A DNA stretch of 43,922 nucleotides from Actinomycetota bacterium (GTDB lineage: Bacteria; Actinomycetota; Actinomycetes; S36-B12): contig WLLZ01000003.1 of NCBI GenBank assembly GCA_009700485.1, positions 1-43,922 of the forward strand, given 5' to 3'. The notes under the pieces were generated by a model. That model was not told the origin of the DNA. It ran no database searches and saw nothing but the letters and a program-made list of their open reading frames with translations. Below are positions 9,178-17,539 of the stretch, in pieces (the first letter of the stretch is position 1; every line of letters begins with the position of its first letter). The position numbers and the translations under genes were made by a program.

Positions 9178-10167
9178 TCATTCATGAGTGGCAACTGCCC
9201 TCAGGCAATCGCGGCTCGTCCCGTACACGAAGTTCAACTGAGCCACTCGATCGGCGGATTGCGTGCCCAGTATCTCGTTCTTGGCTGACCGCACTGCCCT
9301 AAGGAACGGAACTAATGACTCGGGTAGGCCGTTGCGCACTTTAGTTCTCCACGCTACCCCTGGCCGATGAAACTCTTTCGGGCTTTGTTCGCCAGGCGGA
9401 TCAGGCAGTATCGGGTGTGAGCATGACTTCAAGAACTCCACGCGCCAACCTGCGCGAGTCAATGTCATTTCAAGACTTTCTGGCGAGAAGAAGCATAGGT
9501 GAGGTGTCTGAAATGCCAACGTTGCACTTCGTGATCGGAAATCGTCGTGTGGAACTTCAATTACTAATGCACCATCATCAGAGACGACTCGATGCAGATC
9601 GTCCAATAACGCGGGCACATCTCTAGCCGCATAATGTTCAAGGGAATGACTGAGGATGGCAATCTTCGCCTGCTGCCCACCTGACTCGAGGAGTTCACTG
9701 ATGGAGCCGTAACTCTTTGCACCGAACAGTCGCTGATACATGAGGTCCGCCCCGGAATTCAACTCGATTGCTGACAGGGCAGGATCTTGAAGAGTTTGCT
9801 GAGCCGTCTGAAACGCACCCCCCCAACCCGGCCCCAAATCAAGCAACGCATCCCCCGCTTGGAAGTCACAGAACATGGTGGCTAAGGACAACTGCGACAG
9901 CGAACGAAAATCGATTCCGGCATTCCCCGGAACCTTCTTTCGTCGGTCAAAATCCATGTAATATACTGATGATTTTTCGCGATAGTGACTTCGGTAGAAC
10001 TCATTTAATGACCCTGAGTCAGGTGCGGGGCTTGCTTGGCCGAAACCGCACATTTGACATACTTCGATGCTCAGGTTCGAGAATAGATCCAAGTCCGGCC
10101 AACCGCCATCAAGATATGGAAAAAAGGTAGAACCGATTTCACTGCATACCGGGCAAGCCATTGCCAC
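9178..10167 (-). CDS. class I SAM methyltransferase with N-terminal CxxC...CxxC zinc ribbon
   Basis: 'CPVC...CQMCG', 'LLDLGPGWG', 'LSHSLEH', 'LVIEVPH', 'PHLCFFSPESL'; purine-rich SD upstream. Confidence 0.8.
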   Translation of the reverse strand: MAMACPVCSEIGSTFFPYLDGGWPDLDLFSNLSIEVCQMCGFGQASPAPDSGSLNEFYRSHYREKSSVYYMDFDRRKKVPGNAGIDFRSLSQLSLATMFCDFQAGDALLDLGPGWGGAFQTAQQTLQDPALSAIELNSGADLMYQRLFGAKSYGSISELLESGGQQAKIAILSHSLEHYAARDVPALLDDLHRVVSDDGALVIEVPHDDFRSRSATLAFQTPHLCFFSPESLEMTLTRAGWRVEFLKSCSHPILPDPPGEQSPKEFHRPGVAWRTKVRNGLPESLVPFLRAVRSAKNEILGTQSADRVAQLNFVYGTSRDCLRAVATHE

Positions 10168-10239
10168 TGGTTTCCTTCCTCTGGCTATGATCAGGTGGGT
10201 TGTGCAGGTAGTTAAAGTTTAGTCCTTCGGGAGGATGAA

Positions 10240-11145
10240 TTGACCGAAAGCATTCCACTAGGCCAAAATGCGCCTCACCGCCACGTGACTTGGCAAGTGC
10301 CCGACCACATCACCGTGATCGCCGAGGTCGGCATCAACCACAACGGCGACATAGCTCTGGCCAAGCAACTCATCGACATCGCTGTGGAGACCGGCTGCGA
10401 CGCCGTCAAGTTCCAAAAGCGCACCATTCACCTCGTGTACGCAGCCGAGGTCCTTGACGCTCCACGTGAGAGCCCCTGGGGCACTACCCAGCGCGCGCAG
10501 AAAGAGGGGCTCGAATTCAGTCGCGAGCAGTACCAGGAAATCGATGCCTACTGCCGTGACCGAGGTATTGCTTGGTCGGCATCGGCGTGGGATATCCCCA
10601 GCCTTGACTTCATCGAGGAGTTCGACCCGCCCTTCCATAAAGTCGCATCAGCCATGCTCACCCATCAGGCCTTCATAAGGGCAGTGGCCAGCAAAGGCCG
10701 CGTGACCTTGATTTCGACCGGCATGGCGACCTTTGACATTATTGACGAGGTCGTGGACGTGTTCAAGGCCGCTTGCACGCCGTTCGTGCTGCTTCACACC
10801 GTCTCGACGTACCCGTCACCCGAGGCCGACCTGAACCTGTCGATGATCCACACCTTGCAGGAGCGGTATGGCGTGCCTGTTGGCTATAGCGGTCACGAGC
10901 CGTCGGTATCCCCCTCGGTCGTCGCGGCAGCACTTGGTGCCACGGTGATCGAGCGCCACATCACTATCGACCGATCGATGTATGGAAGCGACCAAGCTGC
11001 TTCTTTGGAGGAGAACGGGCTGCGCCAACTCGTCAACACCATCCACAAGATCCCCTCGATGCTGGGCACCGGCGAGAAGGATTGGGCCCCCGGTGAGCGC
11101 GAAGTCGCCGGGAAGCTGCGCTATTGGGAGTCGGCGGGTGGATAG
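10240..11145 (+). CDS. NeuB-family ulosonic acid synthase (PEP-condensing), short form without SAF/AFP domain
   Basis: 'IAEVGINHNGD', 'DAVKFQKR', 'LHTVSTYP', 'GYSGHE', 'IERHIT', 'GSDQAASLE'; GGAGG SD. Confidence 0.9.
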   Translation: MTESIPLGQNAPHRHVTWQVPDHITVIAEVGINHNGDIALAKQLIDIAVETGCDAVKFQKRTIHLVYAAEVLDAPRESPWGTTQRAQKEGLEFSREQYQEIDAYCRDRGIAWSASAWDIPSLDFIEEFDPPFHKVASAMLTHQAFIRAVASKGRVTLISTGMATFDIIDEVVDVFKAACTPFVLLHTVSTYPSPEADLNLSMIHTLQERYGVPVGYSGHEPSVSPSVVAAALGATVIERHITIDRSMYGSDQAASLEENGLRQLVNTIHKIPSMLGTGEKDWAPGEREVAGKLRYWESAGG

Positions 11146-11746
11146 CGTCGACGCTCGGCGCCTTGTCCTATCCCAACTGCAGGATGCGCTGAGTGTCCAT
11201 GAAGCACTGTTGGGTTCAAGCGAGATTACCAATCAAATCGTGACGTGGGCGAAGACCTGCGCGGATTCTCTGGCCCAAGGTGGGGTGATCTTCTTCGCGG
11301 GCAACGGCGGGTCCTTCGCCGATGCTCAGCATCTCGCGGCCGAACTAACCGGCAAGATGGGCAGGATGCGCTCACCGCTTGCTGGAATCGCGTTGGGTAC
11401 AAACAGCTCATCGATGTCGGCGATCGGCAATGACTTTGGCTACCAACTCACCTTCGCTCGTGAATTGGAGGGCCTTTGCCGACCCCACTGTGTTGTCATC
11501 GCTTTGACTACGAGTGGCAACAGCGCCAACGTCCTAGAACTTGTCGATCAGGCCAACGTGATGAGTGTTCCCACTCTCGTATTCACGGGGGCCCACGGCG
11601 GCGCTGTCGCCGAGCGGTGCGATGTTATCCGCGTGCCGAGTGATCGCACCGAACGCATCCAGGAGATGCACATCCTCCTTGGTCACACGTTATGCCTGCT
11701 CATCGAGGAGTTCCTCGGACTCTTTCCATCTGAACCTGCGAGCTAG
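11138..11746 (+). CDS. SIS-domain sugar-phosphate isomerase (GmhA/phosphoheptose isomerase-like)
   Basis: 'AGNGGSFADAQHLAAEL', 'IGNDFGY', 'TTSGNSANV', 'RIQEMHI'; start reassigned to GTG 11138 overlapping the neuB-like stop. Confidence 0.85.
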   Translation: MDSVDARRLVLSQLQDALSVHEALLGSSEITNQIVTWAKTCADSLAQGGVIFFAGNGGSFADAQHLAAELTGKMGRMRSPLAGIALGTNSSSMSAIGNDFGYQLTFARELEGLCRPHCVVIALTTSGNSANVLELVDQANVMSVPTLVFTGAHGGAVAERCDVIRVPSDRTERIQEMHILLGHTLCLLIEEFLGLFPSEPAS

Positions 11747-11749
11747 TTC

Positions 11750-12580
11750 ATGGCGCGAACCTTCGACTTGGGCTGCTCCTTCGGGATTATTCAGGGCCGC
11801 CTCAGTGCCCAAACCGACCGTGGCTACCAGTCCTTCCCCTGGGAGACTTGGGAAGCCGAGTTCGGATTGGCCGCCGATCGCGGCCTTGAGCACATCGAGT
11901 GGGTGCTGGATTCCTGGCGACTTGACGAAAACCCACTCCTGAGCGATACGAGCGGCGTGATTGGACGCGCTCAGGAGACAGGGGTTCAGGTCCTCTCGGT
12001 CTGTGCTGACTACCTGATGGATCGACCCTTGGATGTAACTGACTCCGGTTCGTGGGCAGTTCTCAGTCAACTCGCTGATGCAATGCGGGAACTCGGAGCG
12101 CAGTGGCTGGTGGTCCCTTGCGTAGACCAATCGTCACTGCGCACCCCGTCATCGCTGGCTCGGTTTGCGAGCGCTGCTGATCAACTTGGCGGGGAGTTGG
12201 CCGGGACAGGTATTCGCGTCTCCCTTGAATCTGATCTCGGGCCCGCCGAGTTCGCTGCACTACTCGCCAACTTGGATCCAGAGATTTTCGGCGTCAACTA
12301 CGACATCGGTAACAGCGCCTATCTCGGGTACGCGCACGATGAGGAGTTCGACGCCTACGGCGACCGCATCTCCCTAGTTCACATAAAGGACCGACTTTTC
12401 GAGGGCGGATCAGTGCCCTTGGGGCACGGCAACGCTGACATCCCGGGGGTGATCGAGCGGCTACGGGCGATGAAGTTCAATGGCCCTGTGACGATGCAGG
12501 CTTTCCGTGATGCCCCGGGCATCGAAATCTTGGACGATCAACTGCGCTGGCTGATGCCCATCCTTGAAGGCAGCGCCTGA
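11750..12580 (+). CDS. TIM-barrel sugar-phosphate isomerase/epimerase (AP endonuclease 2 / xylose-isomerase-like fold)
   Basis: 'GIIQGRLS', 'IEW', 'SLES', metal-ligand segments 'NYDIGN' and 'VHIKDR', 'LGHGNADI'. Confidence 0.8.
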   Translation: MARTFDLGCSFGIIQGRLSAQTDRGYQSFPWETWEAEFGLAADRGLEHIEWVLDSWRLDENPLLSDTSGVIGRAQETGVQVLSVCADYLMDRPLDVTDSGSWAVLSQLADAMRELGAQWLVVPCVDQSSLRTPSSLARFASAADQLGGELAGTGIRVSLESDLGPAEFAALLANLDPEIFGVNYDIGNSAYLGYAHDEEFDAYGDRISLVHIKDRLFEGGSVPLGHGNADIPGVIERLRAMKFNGPVTMQAFRDAPGIEILDDQLRWLMPILEGSA

Positions 12581-13341
12581 TGGATCTTGGGCTCGCTGGG
12601 AGACATGTGCTGGTTGCCGGGGCTTCCCGGGGTCTGGGCTTCGCCATTGTCAGCAACCTCTTGGCCGAGGGGGCCAAGGTAACCTCGGTGGGCCGAGACC
12701 CAGAGTCACTCGCTGCCGCAAGAACGTTTTGGCTGACGGGTGAACCAAACGCCATCGTTAACACTCTTGCGTTGGACCTTTCGGATCAAGCTTCAGCCGC
12801 AACACTTGCCACCTACCTGACCGACGAAGGTGGTCTGGACGGAGTGATCGTGGTGGCCGGTAGCGGGCGGCCGACAGGTGAGCCGCAAACCACGGCCTTT
12901 GCGACAGCGACTGCACTTAATGTGATGCCCGCCTTGGTGACTCTCGAGGCGGCCGGCCCGTTACTTCGAAAGAGCTCGAGCGGTTCCGTCGTCCTCATCT
13001 CCTCTGTTGCGGCGATGGAATACATCGATTGCCCTCCTGAGTATGCCGCCGCAAAGGCGACACTGCATGCCTACGCGTCGCATTGGTCGCGTGAGTTGCG
13101 GCCGGTGCGCGTCAACGTGGTGGCCCCCGGAAACATTCTTACTGAGGGATCCGTTTGGCAGCGGCGCATGCGCGAGGATCCAACCGCGTTGGACGAGTAT
13201 CTTTCAAGAGAGGTCACCCTCGGGCGGGTGGCCGAGCCGGAGGAGGTAGCGCGCGTGGCTGTGTTTCTGGTATCCCGCGCAGCGAGCTTTATGACAGGAT
13301 CCACAGTGGTCGTGGATGGCGGACAGGTACGCCAATGGTGA
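12580..13341 (+). CDS. SDR family oxidoreductase
   Basis: 'AGASRGLG', YAAAK, 'VNVVAPGNI', 'VDGGQ'. Confidence 0.88.
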   Translation: MDLGLAGRHVLVAGASRGLGFAIVSNLLAEGAKVTSVGRDPESLAAARTFWLTGEPNAIVNTLALDLSDQASAATLATYLTDEGGLDGVIVVAGSGRPTGEPQTTAFATATALNVMPALVTLEAAGPLLRKSSSGSVVLISSVAAMEYIDCPPEYAAAKATLHAYASHWSRELRPVRVNVVAPGNILTEGSVWQRRMREDPTALDEYLSREVTLGRVAEPEEVARVAVFLVSRAASFMTGSTVVVDGGQVRQW

Positions 13342-14156
13342 GCCAATCGCTCTTCGACCTAACCGGCCGCGTAGTCGTCATAACAGGCGCCGGCGGGCTG
13401 CTCGGTCAAGAGCACGCCTTGGCAGTCGGTCGCGCTGGTGGCATACCCGTACTTCTTGAGCTCTCGCCCGAGGCCCTGGCCGCGGCGGCCCGCCGACTGG
13501 ATGCGGAGGCGATCTCGCACCTCGCCATTGAAGTTGACCTCACAAGTGAGGCCCAAATCGCTACCGCGGCGGGCGAGATCAAAAAACAGTTCGGCGCTGT
13601 GTGGGGGCTGGTCAATAACGTGGCCTCCAACCCCCCGATGGGCTCGGCGGCGCAGGGCGCTGACCGGCTTGAGGCTTTTCCGCTCACCCAATGGGATCAC
13701 GACATCCGGTTGGGGCTGACGAGTGCGTTTCTGTGTTCCCGCCACTTCGGCGAGCAGATGGCTGAAGCAGGTGGCGGTTCGATCATCAATGTGGCTTCCG
13801 ACCTCGCTCTGATCTCACCAGACCAGCGCATGTATTCCGTAGGCCTCCCGGAGGGCGCATCCGCACCGGTGAAGCCAGTTTCCTACTCGGTGGTTAAGTC
13901 GGCGCTCCTCGGATTGACGCGGTACCTCGCCACCTACTGGAGCCCGATCCCGGTGCGCTGCAACGCGCTCGTCCCCGGTTCTGTTGGCGGCACTCAGAGC
14001 CCGGACCTGACACGGGAATTGACATCCCGCATTCCACTCGCACGTCTTGCTGAACCAGGTGAGTATCAGGGGGCGCTGGTGTTCCTGCTCTCCGATGCAT
14101 CGGCATACATGACCGGCGCCAATCTGGTGATGGACGGCGGGCGCACGGCATGGTGA
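13335..14156 (+). CDS. SDR family oxidoreductase (resembles PtmA-type SDRs of nonulosonate loci)
   Basis: 'TGAGGLLG', 'YSVVKSALLGLTRYLATYW', 'YMTGANLVMDGGRTAW'; start reassigned to ATG 13335. Confidence 0.85.
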   Translation: MVSQSLFDLTGRVVVITGAGGLLGQEHALAVGRAGGIPVLLELSPEALAAAARRLDAEAISHLAIEVDLTSEAQIATAAGEIKKQFGAVWGLVNNVASNPPMGSAAQGADRLEAFPLTQWDHDIRLGLTSAFLCSRHFGEQMAEAGGGSIINVASDLALISPDQRMYSVGLPEGASAPVKPVSYSVVKSALLGLTRYLATYWSPIPVRCNALVPGSVGGTQSPDLTRELTSRIPLARLAEPGEYQGALVFLLSDASAYMTGANLVMDGGRTAW

Positions 14157-14965
14157 CGCCCGGCTTGGATGCTAATGAGAACATGATTCGCGATGAGGTC
14201 TGGGCTCTAGTTCCAGCAAGGTCAGGATCAAAGGGAATTACCGACAAGAACCTGCAGGAGGTTGAGGGTGTCAGTCTTCTTGGTCTTTCGGTTCTAGCCG
14301 GCACCGCAAGTGCCGCGATTGATCGGTGTTTTGTCAGCACGGATTCCCAAGCGTATGCCGACGAGGCCCGCCGTTACGGAGCGGAAGTGCCCTATCTCCG
14401 GCCGGATAGTGCATCCAGTGACACGGCGACTGATCTTGATGTCTTCCTTCACTTCCTCAACTGGGCCGCTGCCAATATCGAACACCTGCCGTGGGCCGTG
14501 GTGCACCTTCGCCCGACAACCCCATGCCGCGAGCCGGAGCGCGTGAATGAGGCCGTTCAACTCGCAAGAGAGGTCTCCGCATCTGCGACCGCAATTAGGT
14601 CTGTGCATGCCGCCGCAGAATCCCCCTTCAAGTGGTTTCTTCGAGATACCGACGGTTACCTAACGACGTTTGACCGAGGGCGAGAGCTCGACGCATCCAA
14701 CCGCTCTCGAGCGGAATTCGAAGATGTTTACATTCCGAACGGGTATGCGGACGTGGTTTTCACGTCTCATATCATCCGTACTGACCTACTTCATGGGAAT
14801 GCTGTTCGACCTTTTCTTACTGAGCCAGTTATCGAAGTTGATGGCCCCTTCGAACTCGAACTTCTTCGTCGGGCAGACTCTATTCCCCCGGCTCTGCTGT
14901 CGGCAGCTTCACTTGTTCGCGGTAACCGCAATTCCGCTCCGGAAAGGGAGACTACCCCTTCATGA
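14150..14965 (+). CDS. acylneuraminate cytidylyltransferase family (NeuA-like CMP-ulosonate synthetase)
   Basis: 'VPARSGSKGITDKN', 'VSTDS', 'LRPTTPCR', 'YIPNGYADV'. Confidence 0.88.
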   Translation: MVTPGLDANENMIRDEVWALVPARSGSKGITDKNLQEVEGVSLLGLSVLAGTASAAIDRCFVSTDSQAYADEARRYGAEVPYLRPDSASSDTATDLDVFLHFLNWAAANIEHLPWAVVHLRPTTPCREPERVNEAVQLAREVSASATAIRSVHAAAESPFKWFLRDTDGYLTTFDRGRELDASNRSRAEFEDVYIPNGYADVVFTSHIIRTDLLHGNAVRPFLTEPVIEVDGPFELELLRRADSIPPALLSAASLVRGNRNSAPERETTPS

Positions 14966-16302
14966 TCAAGACTGAATTCCGAACGATTGTGACAGAAGTC
15001 CCCCATCCAAAGGCTCTCGAAATGGCTGACCGTCTTGCTGCTGTGGAATCTCATTCCATGCACGGGCAACTGCCGGTCGTCTGGGATAGGGCCGTAGGGT
15101 CCTCCGTCTACGATCCTTGGGGCAATCGCTGGATCGACTTCACCAGCACGATATTCGTTGCCAACGCAGGTCATGCGCATCCGCTCATCGTCGATGCGAT
15201 TGTAAAGACCGCTCAGAAACCACTTCTTCATGCCTACAACTACCCGACCGCGGAGCGCCTGAACTATCTCGAAGAACTCATCAGGGTGACTCCCTCTTAC
15301 CTCGAGAAGGCATTCCTAGTCTCAGCGGGCACAGAGGCGATTGAAGTTGCCATCAAATTGATGCGCATGAACGCAATGGCTGCAGGCAAGCGACGTTCCG
15401 TTGTCGTCAGTTTCGAAGGCAACTGGCATGGGAGAACCACCGGCGCTCAACACCTAAGTTCTAACGTCGACCAGCGATCCTGGATTGGCCATGAGGATCC
15501 GGGCGTACTTCGTCTACCCTTCCCCTATCCGTGGATCGCGGAGGCCACGAGCGACCCTCGAGGGTTCTTCCGCGAGACGCTGCAACGTGAGTTGGACGCT
15601 CGCGGCTGGACTTTGAAGGACGACATAGCGGGTTTCATGCTTGAGACCTATCAAGGATGGGGGGCGGTCTTCTACCCGGCTGACTTCGTGAAGGAAGTGG
15701 AGCGGGCCGCAAAAGAGAGTGGTGGCCTACTTGTCTTTGACGAGATGCAGGCGGGTTTTGCGCGCACAGGTGAACTGTTCGGATACCAGCACTATGGGGT
15801 GCAACCGGATCTGGTGTGCTGCGGTAAGGGTGCAAGTTCGAGTGTGCCGCTCGCATTCGTACTGGGTTCAGGCTACCTACTCGACTTACCTTCCGTCGGC
15901 TCGATGTCATCGACGCATTCAGCGAACCCAATCAGTTGCGCAGCAGGACTTGCCAATCTCAAGGCGATTGAGAACGAGGGACTTATCGAGCGAGCGCGTG
16001 ACCTCGGACTTCAGTTCCATGCGGAGCTCAATAGCATTGCAAATGCGTCACCCGCAGTATCGAGCATTCAAGGACTTGGCATGGTCGCTGCCATCATTAC
16101 CAATGGGGTGGGCGACGCTGATGCATCCGCCATTGCCACTGAGATCTCATGGGAGTGCATGAGACAAGGGCTCTTGGTTGTCCATACTGGACGCGAGTCG
16201 GTAAAGATCGCACCGCCACTGACGATTGCCCTAGACGCAATGATCGAGGGCTTGTCCGTCCTAAGGAAGGTGATCGACGATGTCACAGCAAAGCACAGTT
16301 AG
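14962..16302 (+). CDS. class III PLP-dependent aminotransferase
   Basis: 'SAGTEAIE', 'NWHGRT', 'FDEMQAGFARTG', 'PDLVCCGKG', 'SSTHSANP'. Confidence 0.88.
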   Translation: MIKTEFRTIVTEVPHPKALEMADRLAAVESHSMHGQLPVVWDRAVGSSVYDPWGNRWIDFTSTIFVANAGHAHPLIVDAIVKTAQKPLLHAYNYPTAERLNYLEELIRVTPSYLEKAFLVSAGTEAIEVAIKLMRMNAMAAGKRRSVVVSFEGNWHGRTTGAQHLSSNVDQRSWIGHEDPGVLRLPFPYPWIAEATSDPRGFFRETLQRELDARGWTLKDDIAGFMLETYQGWGAVFYPADFVKEVERAAKESGGLLVFDEMQAGFARTGELFGYQHYGVQPDLVCCGKGASSSVPLAFVLGSGYLLDLPSVGSMSSTHSANPISCAAGLANLKAIENEGLIERARDLGLQFHAELNSIANASPAVSSIQGLGMVAAIITNGVGDADASAIATEISWECMRQGLLVVHTGRESVKIAPPLTIALDAMIEGLSVLRKVIDDVTAKHS

Positions 16303-16729
16303 CCCACTGAACGCCCTGAGGCATCATGCAGTGACAGGACCGTCGGCCAACATCCTTCAAGAATTCTATGAGTACTTCGGTTTCACCCAATTGATTATTG
16401 AGGAGTCACCCGACCCCGAGTACATCCAGGCTCTTACGGGCGGGGCCTGGTCTGCAGCACGCATCTTGAAGCTCAAGAATTCTGTTGGAGACGTGCTTGA
16501 GATCATCGAACCATCGATTTTGGCAGGCGAGTTAACCTCGGGAGGTGCAGGAAACTGGTCGCATCTCGCTTTTACTGTGCTCAGTTGTGACGAGGCCGTG
16601 AGCGACGTTCTGGGCATGGGAGGTCACTTGGTCGGAGGCCCAGTCACCAATCCTGAGGCCCCCTTTCGTGTGGCCTACGTTCGGGATCCTGCTCTCAACC
16701 TCATTGAACTCGTTGAGGCAATGCCATGA
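16280..16729 (+). CDS. VOC (glyoxalase-like) family protein
   Basis: 'LRHHAV', 'LEII', 'SHLAFTV', 'YVRDPALNLIELVE' give the H/E/H/E metal pattern. Confidence 0.75.
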   Translation: MSQQSTVSPLNALRHHAVTGPSANILQEFYEYFGFTQLIIEESPDPEYIQALTGGAWSAARILKLKNSVGDVLEIIEPSILAGELTSGGAGNWSHLAFTVLSCDEAVSDVLGMGGHLVGGPVTNPEAPFRVAYVRDPALNLIELVEAMP

Positions 16730-16771
16730 CCGCGCAACACTTTGAGGAACTGCCTGTCGGGATAGACCAAC

Positions 16772-17443
16772 ATGAGTCGTGACTACCTTGATGTCGAGTA
16801 CTCGGCAACTGCTCGGCCCATGACGGACTATCCAAGTCTTCTGGCGGCTCATTTGGCGTCGAAGTGGGATATCCGCTCGGGCCAGAGTCTGCTTGATGTT
16901 GCGTCCGGACGTGCGGAGATGTCAACAGGCTTCACCTCACTGGGGCTAAGGGTCACTGCACTGGATGCGTCCCCCGAGGCGGAGCACTTCGCCATCCAGG
17001 GGGGGGCGGACTTCATCTCAGGGGTAATCCGCCCGAACGAACCGATGCCAGTGGCCGATGCATCCTTTGACGTGGTCTTCTGCAAGTCCTTCGTTGAGCA
17101 CCTGCGCGAACCAATCAACTTCGCCGAGGATTGCTATCGAGTCTTGAAGCCTGGGGGCAAGGTCATCTTCCTGACTCCGGATTGGGAATCGAACCACCGA
17201 ATCTTCTTCGACGATGTCACCCACGTGACTCCATTCTCAACCGTCACGATGCAGCAACTGCTCGTGTTGAGCGGTTTTGAGAATGTGATCAGTTATCGGT
17301 TCAGGCAATTGCCCGTCACATGGCGATACCCGGCGATGAACGCCGTGTGTGCAGCAATCGCGCCCTTAGTGCCCAGCCGGACGACTCGGAAGTTCTTACG
17401 TTGGAGTCGCGAGTTGATGGTGTGCGGGGTGGGCATCAAGTAG
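16772..17443 (+). CDS. class I SAM-dependent methyltransferase
   Basis: 'LLDVASGRAE', 'SFDVVFCKSFVEHL', 'RVLKPGG', 'DDVTHVTPF'. Confidence 0.85.
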   Translation: MSRDYLDVEYSATARPMTDYPSLLAAHLASKWDIRSGQSLLDVASGRAEMSTGFTSLGLRVTALDASPEAEHFAIQGGADFISGVIRPNEPMPVADASFDVVFCKSFVEHLREPINFAEDCYRVLKPGGKVIFLTPDWESNHRIFFDDVTHVTPFSTVTMQQLLVLSGFENVISYRFRQLPVTWRYPAMNAVCAAIAPLVPSRTTRKFLRWSRELMVCGVGIK

Positions 17444-17539
17444 AGGAAGCCTCCTCGTGAGTCTTCACGTCGTCGACACCTCGTGTAGTCTGCACTCCGA
17501 TCAGACCAAGATTCCTATCCGCTGGGAGGCTGAGACCAA

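Noticed and set aside
11138-11746. gmhA of an ADP/GDP-heptose pathway
   Set aside because: No hldE/hddA kinase, gmhB phosphatase or heptose nucleotidyltransferase in the window; gene is coupled to a NeuB-like synthase
16999-17006. G8 tract as a phase-variation site
   Set aside because: Gene is intact and in frame, and the run is short and explained by Gln-Gly-Gly-Ala codons; same for the G7 near 7683 and C7 near 9818
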